From contig CAVFQD010000001.1 of NCBI GenBank assembly GCA_963624605.1, forward strand, positions 2,441 through 66,440: a stretch of 64,000 bases of DNA, written 5' to 3'. The stretch is from Eshraghiella crossota. GTDB lineage: Bacteria; Bacillota; Clostridia; Oscillospirales; Acutalibacteraceae. The notes under the pieces are model-generated. The model was given only the letters and a program-made list of their open reading frames with translations, ran no database searches and was not told the origin of the DNA. The position numbers and the translations under genes are program-made. How positions within the stretch are numbered: the stretch's first letter is position 1; each line of letters starts with the position of its first letter. Below are positions 1 through 7,345 of this stretch, one piece after another.

Positions 1-193
1 CAACAAACAGCAGAGCACATATTACCGTGGCGGTGCTCAAAGAGTGTCGGTACAGTATCAAAAGCGTAACGCCGATACCCGCAACCGCAAAGCCGTAGCC
101 GAGAGATATGAAATAAACATATTTGTAAAACCCGATTGAGCAGACAAGCAGTGCAACAGCAAGTAAAATAAGATAATTCATAATAATCACCAT
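1..193 (-). CDS. integral membrane protein, N-terminal fragment (gene runs off the window start)
   Basis: The minus-strand frame is open from position 1. In-frame ATGs lie at 193 (MVIIMNYL...) and 181 (MNYLILLAVALLVCSIGFYKYVYFISLGYGFAVAGIGVTLLILY...). The sequence is strongly hydrophobic. It is absent from the ORF track because the window edge truncates it. Confidence 0.5.
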   Translation of the reverse strand, partial: MVIIMNYLILLAVALLVCSIGFYKYVYFISLGYGFAVAGIGVTLLILYRHSLSTATVICALLFV

Positions 194-282
194 AGCCTTT
201 CGTATTTTATTAAAAATCACCGGCTTAACCTGCGATGTCTGAACAGGTGTAACGGTGATTTCTGCTATCTTAAAATTATGCC
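185..282 (-). repeat. solo diverged copy (inverted orientation) of the 3' part of the 157-bp unit triplicated at 61942-62422
   Basis: The reverse complement reads GGCATAATTTTAAGATAGCAGAAATCACCGTTACACCTGTTCAGACATCGCAGGTTAAGCCGGTGATTTTTAATAAAATACGAAAGGCTATGGTGATT. It aligns by eye to GGCAAATTTTGAGATGGCAGAAATCACCATCACGCCTGTTCAGGCAACGCAGGTTAAATCGGTGATTTCCAATAAAAATTTGTTGCCTGAAAGGCTATGGTGATT, with one indel of about 8 nt. Confidence 0.65.
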
Positions 283-312
283 AAAGGAAAGCTTTGCCTT
301 CTTAGCCCATTT

Positions 313-341
313 ATTATACACCTCATTTACCTTTCTTTCAA
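313..341 (-). promoter_or_regulatory. sigma-A-type promoter for the membrane-protein gene and its leader
   Basis: On the minus strand: TTGAAA (341-336), a 17-nt spacer, then TATAAT (318-313). This predicts a 5' UTR of about 110-125 nt that contains the repeat copy. Confidence 0.5.
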
Positions 342-413
342 GGCGCAGAGGCTTATATTTTCTGTTATGGACTGTTCTTGATAAAGTGCATATTCACAGA
401 TGAATACGCACGA

Positions 414-851
414 TTATTTATGCGAATTGTCATATGCTTTGCGGATATCCTTTGGAAGCCCTTCCGGAATTAAAGCTTTTGCGTTGTCTTCACTGCCGTC
501 TTCCATGGCCTGCGTGTAATACCAGCACTTGAACTTGAGCATATCCAGCGTTTTATGCAACTGCCGGATTTCTGCTTCGACACGTTCTTTTTGTTTATGA
601 ATGAGCTCAAAACGATTGGAATAAGTGGCGGAACCTTCTGCGCACCACGCCATAAAAAGTTTGATGTCTTTGATTTCAAGACCCGATTTTTTCAAACACT
701 CGATCACTCTGAGCGCTTCAATTTCATTGTCGCTGAATTTGCGAATGCCGGATTCTCGTGCAAGCTGTGGGAAAAGTCCCTGTTTATCGTAATATCGAAG
801 CGTAGAAATGGGCAAACCAAACATTTCCGATACCTGTCCTATTGTATACAT
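414..851 (-). CDS. MerR family transcriptional regulator
   Basis: N-terminal MYTIGQVSEMFGLPISTLRYYDKQGL is a typical MerR HTH, followed by a coiled-coil dimerisation helix. The gene is divergent from a putative target operon. Confidence 0.9.
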   Translation of the reverse strand: MYTIGQVSEMFGLPISTLRYYDKQGLFPQLARESGIRKFSDNEIEALRVIECLKKSGLEIKDIKLFMAWCAEGSATYSNRFELIHKQKERVEAEIRQLHKTLDMLKFKCWYYTQAMEDGSEDNAKALIPEGLPKDIRKAYDNSHK

Positions 852-883
852 ATGTTACCTCCGAAATTATTTTCAAAAATGTC

Positions 884-914
884 TTGACCTAAAGTTAGGT
901 TTATGGATTATTAT
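884..914 (+). promoter_or_regulatory. MerR-type promoter with 19-bp spacer and dyad operator
   Basis: TTGACC (884-889), a 19-nt spacer, then TATTAT (909-914). The perfect dyad ACCTAA-AG-TTAGGT (887-900) lies inside the spacer, which is the classical MerR architecture. Confidence 0.55.
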
Positions 915-969
915 AAGTATAGCACATGAAAAGGTGTTATTCAAGATGTGAGAATAAGGAGGAAATGTA

Positions 970-1404
970 ATGAAATTTGAAAACAAGGATGCTTTTGAGC
1001 AGCACAATATGTTCGGAACAGGAACAGCAAATACAGCATATGCCAAGTACTTTATCGGTGATTCATTCCTGAATCCGCTTACAGACCCGAAAGGCGGATT
1101 GTTTGCCGCCAATGTGACCTTTGCGCCGGGATGCCGCAACAACTGGCATATTCATCATGCAAAAAGCGGCGGCGGTCAGTTGCTTATCTGTACTGCCGGA
1201 GAGGGCTGGTATCAGGAGGAAGGAAAGGACGCCGTCAGTTTGCAGGAAGGAAGCGTTGTGATGATTCCTGCGGGTGTCAAGCACTGGCACGGAGCAAAGC
1301 AGGACAGCTGGTTTTCTCATATCGCAGTTGAAGTACCGGGCGAAGAGTGCGGTAACGAGTGGTGTGAACCGATAAGCGATGAGCAGTATAGGAAATTAAA
1401 ATAA
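970..1404 (+). CDS. cupin domain-containing protein
   Basis: 144 aa. Cupin-like motifs are present (NNWHIHHAKSGGGQLLICTAGEGWY ... IPAGVKHWHGA). Confidence 0.85.
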   Translation: MKFENKDAFEQHNMFGTGTANTAYAKYFIGDSFLNPLTDPKGGLFAANVTFAPGCRNNWHIHHAKSGGGQLLICTAGEGWYQEEGKDAVSLQEGSVVMIPAGVKHWHGAKQDSWFSHIAVEVPGEECGNEWCEPISDEQYRKLK

Positions 1405-1429
1405 AAAACGGAACGGAGGATGGATTATC

Positions 1430-1756
1430 ATGGCGAAAATAGTTCAAACAGCAGGAAGAGACGCACTTGGAGAGTTTGCTCCGGAGTTTGCACATTTCAA
1501 TGATGACGTTCTTTTCGGAGAGAACTGGAACAATGAGGATATTGACCTAAAAACACGAAGCATCATTACAGTGGTTGCGTTGACGGCACAGGGAATCACA
1601 GATTCTTCTTTGAAGTATCATCTTCAGAATGCGAAGAATCACGGCGTTACGAAGAAAGAAATCGCAGCCATCGTCACACATGTGGCGTTTTATGCAGGAT
1701 GGCCGAAGGCGTGGGCTGTGTTTAATCTCGCAAAAGAAGTATGGACGGAGGAATAA
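1430..1756 (+). CDS. carboxymuconolactone decarboxylase (AhpD-like) family protein
   Basis: 108 aa. The CMD-family signature region is LKTRSIITVVALTAQG...HLQNAKNHGVTKKEIAAIVTHVAFYAGWP. Confidence 0.85.
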   Translation: MAKIVQTAGRDALGEFAPEFAHFNDDVLFGENWNNEDIDLKTRSIITVVALTAQGITDSSLKYHLQNAKNHGVTKKEIAAIVTHVAFYAGWPKAWAVFNLAKEVWTEE

Positions 1757-1759
1757 GAT

Positions 1760-2623
1760 ATGTTTTGTGAAATAAAAAAACTTAGCAATGAGGTGGAAAT
1801 TCCGGTACTGGCTCTCGGTACATGGCTTGTGGATGATAATAAGGTGACACAGGCTGTAAAAGCGGCTGTGCAGATAGGATACCGTCATATAGACACGGCG
1901 CAGGCTTATGGAAATGAGCGTGGTGTGGGCGAAGGAATCCGAACCTGCGGTGTGCCGAGAGAGCAGATTTTTGTTACATCAAAGGTTGCCGCAGAACATA
2001 AGACTTATGAGGCGGCAGCGGCAAGCATTGACAAGACTCTTGCCAATATGGGACTTGATTATATTGATATGATGATTATTCACAGCCCGCAACCATGGGA
2101 TAAGGTAAATCAGAGCGAGGATCGCTATGTGGAAGGCAACCGTGCGGCATGGAGAGCGCTTGAGGATGCGTACAAGGCAGGAAAGCTTCGTGCCATCGGT
2201 GTATCCAATTTCCTACAAGAGGATATTGAAAGCCTGTGGGAAACGGCAGAAATTAAGCCTATGGTGAATCAGGTGCTTTGCCATATTTCCAATTCGCCTT
2301 TGGAATTGATTGATTATTGCCGGAAGAAGGGCATCGTGACGGAGGCATATTCTCCGGTCGCCCACGGTGAGGCACTTAAAAATAAGGCAATCGCAGATAT
2401 GGCTGAAAAGTACGGCGTTACAATTTCGCAGCTGTGTATACGTTTTGATATTCAGCTTGGAATGATTGTTCTGCCAAAGGCAGCAAATCCGGAGCATATG
2501 AAGGAAAATGCGTCTGTTGATTTTGTAATTTCAGATGAGGACATGGAAGCTCTAAAGCATCTGGAAAGGATCAAGGACTATGGCAAACATAGCTTCTTTC
2601 CTGTGTTCGGAGGTAAATTATAA
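1760..2623 (+). CDS. aldo/keto reductase
   Basis: 287 aa. AKR motifs are present: LGTW, GYRHIDTAQAYGNE, IGVSNF. Confidence 0.9.
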   Translation: MFCEIKKLSNEVEIPVLALGTWLVDDNKVTQAVKAAVQIGYRHIDTAQAYGNERGVGEGIRTCGVPREQIFVTSKVAAEHKTYEAAAASIDKTLANMGLDYIDMMIIHSPQPWDKVNQSEDRYVEGNRAAWRALEDAYKAGKLRAIGVSNFLQEDIESLWETAEIKPMVNQVLCHISNSPLELIDYCRKKGIVTEAYSPVAHGEALKNKAIADMAEKYGVTISQLCIRFDIQLGMIVLPKAANPEHMKENASVDFVISDEDMEALKHLERIKDYGKHSFFPVFGGKL

Positions 2624-2821
2624 ACGAAATTTACAAAGCTTGGGAATACCGATATTATAATTTCGAAGTTATGTGTAGGCTGTATGAGTTTTGAATATAC
2701 CGTGTTCAGTGAAACACTGCAAAAATCGCAAAGATGTTGCAAGAAGAAGTCAGTAGTGATATCATCAGTATGAATACGGTGAAATAAACACTCGCAAAGC
2801 TATGAAAGGATATGAGAAATT

Positions 2822-3283
2822 ATGATAAAAATACTTTTCGTATGCCACGGTAACATATGTCGCAGTCCGATGGCAGAGTTCATATTGAAAGATATGGTCG
2901 GGAAAAAAGGCTTACAGGAGGAGTTCGTTATCGCTTCAAGTGCCACAAGCGCGGAGGAAATATGGGGCAATACGGGTAATCCCGTATATCCGCCTGCAAA
3001 AGCAGAGCTTGCAAAGCACGGAATTTCCTGCGAGGGAAAACGGGCGGTACAGCTTAAAAAGTCCGATTATGAAAAGTACGATTATATAATTGCCATGGAC
3101 AATAACAACATCCGCAATATTTTTTCGATAATCGGAACCGATCCCGACAAAAAGGTATATAAGCTGCTTGAATTTGTGCATTCGGACCGCGATGTGGCAG
3201 ACCCGTGGTACACGGGTAAATTCGATATTACATACCGTGATATTTACGAGGGCTGTGAGGCTCTTTTGAATAAGCTTTTATAA
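2822..3283 (+). CDS. low-molecular-weight protein-tyrosine phosphatase
   Basis: P-loop VCHGNICRSP at the N-terminus and DPWY near the C-terminus. Confidence 0.9.
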   Translation: MIKILFVCHGNICRSPMAEFILKDMVGKKGLQEEFVIASSATSAEEIWGNTGNPVYPPAKAELAKHGISCEGKRAVQLKKSDYEKYDYIIAMDNNNIRNIFSIIGTDPDKKVYKLLEFVHSDRDVADPWYTGKFDITYRDIYEGCEALLNKLL

Positions 3284-3289
3284 AGGAAA

Positions 3290-3325
3290 ACGCCATACGG
3301 CTTTGGGAACTCAGCTGTATGGCGT
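3290..3325. terminator. hairpin between convergent genes (bidirectional terminator candidate)
   Basis: ACGCCATAC ... GTATGGCGT forms a 9-bp stem. T-rich sequence follows on the plus strand and A-rich sequence precedes it. Confidence 0.5.
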
Positions 3326-3329
3326 GATT

Positions 3330-5303
3330 TTATTTTCTTTTCTTAAATAACAGGGCAAACATTATGCCGAGTATCAGTACCGCAATGCAAATTGCAAGAT
3401 AAATATAGCTTTCCGGCGAAGTAAAAGACGATTGTGCGCCTTCGTCCGTGTTGCTTTGAGCTTCGTTGTCGGGCATTTCGGGTTTATCGGAATTTCCGTC
3501 CGCACCGCTGTCGCTTTGTCGATTGCCCTGCTGTCCGTTCGGTTGACCGTTCTGCTTTACTCCCTGCGGCGATGAGCTGTTTTCGTTGGTTCCGTCGGGA
3601 GGCGTGGGTCTGCTGTCGGCACTGCTTTGAGTATCGGAAGAGCTCGGCTTTTCCGGCGGAGAGCCTTCACTGCCGTTTGCAGAATTCGGCATATTGCCGT
3701 CCTGTGCAGACTGTCCGCCTCCCGGTTCCGAATTTGAGTTGTTCATGCTTCCCATATCGCTTATCTTCAAATCGCCTGCGTAAATAAGCGTGTCGGCACT
3801 TTGGGTATCGGAGGTCGAGCCTATTGTGCCGCTTAACTGACCGCTTATGCTCTCTGCTCTCAAAATACAGAACTCCTTGAGCGTTTGCGCTCCCGTTTGA
3901 AACTGCTCGTATGTGCAGAACTTTGTCGGGTCCTTTTCAACATACGGGGAAATCATTGAAATTACGCTGTCAATCATATTTTCAAAGTATCCGCTGTCAA
4001 AGTATTCGCTTATAAATTCGCTGAGCACTTCGTGATACTGTTCGGTATATTCTTCGCTTGCGAATATCCATGCGAGCATAGGTCTGTCCTCGATGCTTCC
4101 GCCCGAAACAGGCGTATCAATCGGATAGTTTACAAGCGAAGCGGCGTCGCCCGAGGACTGAAAACCGCCGAAAGCGAGGTTGTAATCCCACGGAATCATT
4201 TGCATTTGTCCGTCATTCTCGTACAGATAATAATTGTGTATCATCGAGCCGGTGTAGCTGTCAAAATTGAGAACAAAATTGTGCACGGCAAAATAGCTTA
4301 TAACCTCCGACACATTAACGGCGCTTTCAGTGTTTTCGCCTGATGACAGCGTTTTAAGTGAGGAAATGAGGCGGTCTTTGTCGTCATCTGTTATGTCGGT
4401 CTTGGCATTATCAAATATATTTTGATAGCTGTCGTAATCGTCGTCGATATATTTTAACAGCACATCATCGCTTGCGTTCATATTTCCGCCGCCGTTTTGT
4501 CCGTTACCGTCAGCTTTGTTGTCGGGCGGATTGCCGTCGGCAGTAAAATCGCCATCTGGCATTTCGGGCGGAGAATTCGCTTGCGTACTGTTTGAAGACT
4601 GCTGTGACGGTGCGGCACTTTCATTTGCTTCGGGAGAAAAATCATCCTGTTCAAAGTCTTTTCCGTTGCCTTTGCCGCCGCCCATACTCATACTGTCGGG
4701 CTTGTAGAGCTCACCGTAGCTTTTGCCGTAATTTCTTTGCAGGAACGACTCCTCTATGCCCTCAACCGCAAGGTACAGACCCCAATCCTCGCCGTTTACG
4801 GTTATATATACATAGCTGCAAAGCGGCGAAGCAACGCCTGCAAAATTCATCATTTGATATACGAGAAAATCCTTCATATAGGTGTTGTCCTGTATGATGT
4901 TGTTAAGGCAGAGCTTGTCAAGCCCGTAATAGGTCTTTGAGCTGTCGTAATGGTCAAACTCTATCTTAAAGCTGTATCTGTTGTTGCCGTATGACGCAAC
5001 CTGCGTTAAAGATGTGTTACCCTTGCCTCTGATTGCGACATTCTTGTACGCTTCGTTGTCAATTACCACTGTGCAGGTGTAGTATTCCTCACTTGTACAG
5101 TTCGATATAAAGTCGTCCCAATCGTCCATAATTATATTTACCGTGTGAACATACGAGGTGTCAAACAGCTTTTCCTCATAGCCCATAACGCTTGACGCCT
5201 TTTTGATGCCGAGGCTTTCTCCGTTTATGAACAGCACCGTAATTATGATAGTCAGCGCAAGCACAACGCAGCAGATTTTATCAAAGTTCTTATGCGTTGA
5301 CAT
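3330..5303 (-). CDS. CotH kinase family protein with N- and C-terminal membrane anchors and long low-complexity segments
   Basis: 657 aa. CotH-like core (YSFKIEFDHYD..., YYLYENDGQMQMIPWDYNLAFGGF). N-terminal TM segment ICCVVLALTIIITVLF and C-terminal TM segment IYLAICIAVLILGIMFALLF. There are two S/N/G/Q/D-rich disordered stretches. Confidence 0.8.
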   Translation of the reverse strand: MSTHKNFDKICCVVLALTIIITVLFINGESLGIKKASSVMGYEEKLFDTSYVHTVNIIMDDWDDFISNCTSEEYYTCTVVIDNEAYKNVAIRGKGNTSLTQVASYGNNRYSFKIEFDHYDSSKTYYGLDKLCLNNIIQDNTYMKDFLVYQMMNFAGVASPLCSYVYITVNGEDWGLYLAVEGIEESFLQRNYGKSYGELYKPDSMSMGGGKGNGKDFEQDDFSPEANESAAPSQQSSNSTQANSPPEMPDGDFTADGNPPDNKADGNGQNGGGNMNASDDVLLKYIDDDYDSYQNIFDNAKTDITDDDKDRLISSLKTLSSGENTESAVNVSEVISYFAVHNFVLNFDSYTGSMIHNYYLYENDGQMQMIPWDYNLAFGGFQSSGDAASLVNYPIDTPVSGGSIEDRPMLAWIFASEEYTEQYHEVLSEFISEYFDSGYFENMIDSVISMISPYVEKDPTKFCTYEQFQTGAQTLKEFCILRAESISGQLSGTIGSTSDTQSADTLIYAGDLKISDMGSMNNSNSEPGGGQSAQDGNMPNSANGSEGSPPEKPSSSDTQSSADSRPTPPDGTNENSSSPQGVKQNGQPNGQQGNRQSDSGADGNSDKPEMPDNEAQSNTDEGAQSSFTSPESYIYLAICIAVLILGIMFALLFKKRK

Positions 5304-5313
5304 AAGTGCCTCC

Positions 5314-5985
5314 TTATCCTGCGTATTCGCCGTTGTAGCTTACGAGTACCGCATTCGACACGCCTGAAATTTCGCTGAGCCTGTTTATAAAATCGGTATT
5401 GTCGTCCTTGAGCCTTATTTCAAGGTTCAGGTCAATTCTTCCGTTTTGAACGCTCTTGCTCTTTACGACATATTTTTTAACATTGCTTTTCAAAAATTCC
5501 GTAGCCTCTTTTTCTGCTTCGTTTCCCTCGCAGGAAAGAACGACAATGTACGGATTGAAATGCGATTTTCTGTTTACGAACACGATAAGGATAACGCCGA
5601 TTATCACGCTGCCGATGACCGCAAGCGGTATCATACCTGCCGCAAGTACTATGCCCACGGCGATAGACCAAAACAGGAAAGCGATGTCAAGCGGTTCTTT
5701 TATCGCCGTTCTGAAACGGACAATCGACAGTGCGCCGACCATACCGAGTGAAAGAACGACGTTTGATGTAACCGCCAGAATTACGAGCGTGGTTATTACC
5801 GTGAGCGCAACAAGCGTTGTGCCGAAGCTTGACGAATACATCACGCCCTGATAGGTTTTTTTATAAACAAAGAAAATGAAAAGTCCTATACCGAACGCAA
5901 GCGCAAGGGCAATTACCATATCGAGTATGCTCACGCTTGTAATGTTCTCTAAAAAGCTTGATTTGAAAATATCGTTGAAAGTCAT
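5314..5985 (-). CDS. DUF4956 domain-containing membrane protein
   Basis: 223 aa with about four TM helices followed by a soluble C-terminal domain. The N-terminus (FNDIFKSSFLENI...SILDMVIALALAFGIGLFIFFVYKKT) is typical of this family. The gene is linked to VTC and CotH genes. Confidence 0.75.
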   Translation of the reverse strand: MTFNDIFKSSFLENITSVSILDMVIALALAFGIGLFIFFVYKKTYQGVMYSSSFGTTLVALTVITTLVILAVTSNVVLSLGMVGALSIVRFRTAIKEPLDIAFLFWSIAVGIVLAAGMIPLAVIGSVIIGVILIVFVNRKSHFNPYIVVLSCEGNEAEKEATEFLKSNVKKYVVKSKSVQNGRIDLNLEIRLKDDNTDFINRLSEISGVSNAVLVSYNGEYAG

Positions 5986-6000
5986 AATGTTACTCCTTTA

Positions 6001-6672
6001 TCAGCCGTAAATTCTGCAAACGGCATATTTTGAAAATGCGCCCGACATACGCTCGGGCAGGGAAACGGCGTCTCTTACCGCGTCGGGAAGAAATTCATCC
6101 CATTTTACCTCTAAAATTATACTCTGCGTTCCCGTGTCAACCGTCTTGAAATCGGGCGAAAAAATATCGGTTCTGTCAAGTCCCGTTTTAATTCCGTAAT
6201 CAAGCGTTACCCGAACATTGCCCGCAGGGAACACGAACGGCTCCCTTGTGTAATCGACAACAGTTTTCGGGCGCAGACCCTCTGACAGGATTTTGGTGTA
6301 AAACTCCGTTATAAGCGGTTCTTCGGCGTTTTTCATCCAATTATAACTGCCTTTAAGGATAAGCTCTGTCTGTTCTTCGGTTATCGGTGCGGACTGCTTT
6401 TTGCAAAGACCGTTTATCTTGCTCTTTTTTTCAAACCGCATAAAGCCCGTGTCGCCGTTATAGCAGCGGATACGGAATTTTTCACGAATATTTACGCCGT
6501 CGATTTTTTCCCGTAACGCTTTGTCGGCAAGGTTGTCAAAATACAGACTTCTGATGTAATATCTGCCGTCAACCGTATGAGGGTCGGGGTACATAACCGC
6601 AGAGAGCCGTTGCCGCAGTGCGAGCATATCACCGTAGGAAATTTCATGCTTTACCTCGTGTCGGTAGTCCAT
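6001..6672 (-). CDS. VTC/polyphosphate polymerase domain-containing protein (CYTH-like)
   Basis: 223 aa. MDYRHEVKHEI...YYIRSLYFDN...REKFRIRCY matches the bacterial VTC-domain family. Confidence 0.75.
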   Translation of the reverse strand: MDYRHEVKHEISYGDMLALRQRLSAVMYPDPHTVDGRYYIRSLYFDNLADKALREKIDGVNIREKFRIRCYNGDTGFMRFEKKSKINGLCKKQSAPITEEQTELILKGSYNWMKNAEEPLITEFYTKILSEGLRPKTVVDYTREPFVFPAGNVRVTLDYGIKTGLDRTDIFSPDFKTVDTGTQSIILEVKWDEFLPDAVRDAVSLPERMSGAFSKYAVCRIYG

Positions 6673-6741
6673 AGACTTGCTCCTTTCTCTTTTTCTGCCG
6701 CTATTTTATAAAACGAAGATTGAAAAATAATTGAAAAAGGC

Positions 6742-6780
6742 AAAAAATATCCCGTATCCGATAATTAAGTCGGATACGGG
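6742..6780 (-). terminator. rho-independent terminator after nrdG
   Basis: Minus strand: CCCGTATCCGA-loop-TCGGATACGGG followed by ATATTTTTTG. Confidence 0.7.
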
Positions 6781-6790
6781 TAAATGTATT

Positions 6791-7336
6791 TTATTTTCCT
6801 GCAAGAGTTCGGTCGTTGTTCGGAAGAAGCGTAACCTCTCCGTTCTCACGGGTTTTGTTCATATCGATAAGCCGTTGGTTTGACGAGCCTCTGAACTGCA
6901 AGGTCAGATCCTTTAATTCGTCAATATACTTTCCGTCAACAAGCACATCGATAAGCGACAGCATTTCGTCCGTGACTTCACATCTCGGGTGCGAGCCGTC
7001 GGTTTTAAGCATATCATAGGTGAAGCCTGTAAAGCACCAGATGTTCTTTTGCGGATAGGTCTTGCGCACCTTTTGCAGAAACGGTACCAATGCTCGCTGA
7101 TTTTGCGGCTCCATAGGCTCTCCGCCGAGCAGAGTCAGACCGCTTATGTAATCGGGTTTGAGCATTGCAAGGAGCTTTTCTTCCGTTTGCTCGGTAAAGG
7201 GCTCGCCGAAGGAAAAATCCCAGGTCTGCGGCTGAAAGCAGTTTTCGCAACGGTTCGTGCAGCCCGAAACGAATAGCGTTATACGCACGCCTGTTCCGTT
7301 TGCAATATCGCAGTCTTTAATTGTGCTGTAATACAT
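6791..7336 (-). CDS. nrdG: anaerobic ribonucleoside-triphosphate reductase activating protein
   Basis: 181 aa with the radical-SAM cluster motif CTNRCENCFQPQTW. It lies directly downstream of nrdD. Confidence 0.9.
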   Translation of the reverse strand: MYYSTIKDCDIANGTGVRITLFVSGCTNRCENCFQPQTWDFSFGEPFTEQTEEKLLAMLKPDYISGLTLLGGEPMEPQNQRALVPFLQKVRKTYPQKNIWCFTGFTYDMLKTDGSHPRCEVTDEMLSLIDVLVDGKYIDELKDLTLQFRGSSNQRLIDMNKTRENGEVTLLPNNDRTLAGK

Positions 7337-7345
7337 AAGGTCTCC

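Noticed and set aside
2624-2821. Possible gene remnant or small ORF (MSFEYTVFSETLQKSQRCCKKKSVVISSV) between the AKR and LMW-PTP genes
   Set aside because: It has no RBS, no recognisable family and multiple stops. It is treated as spacer.
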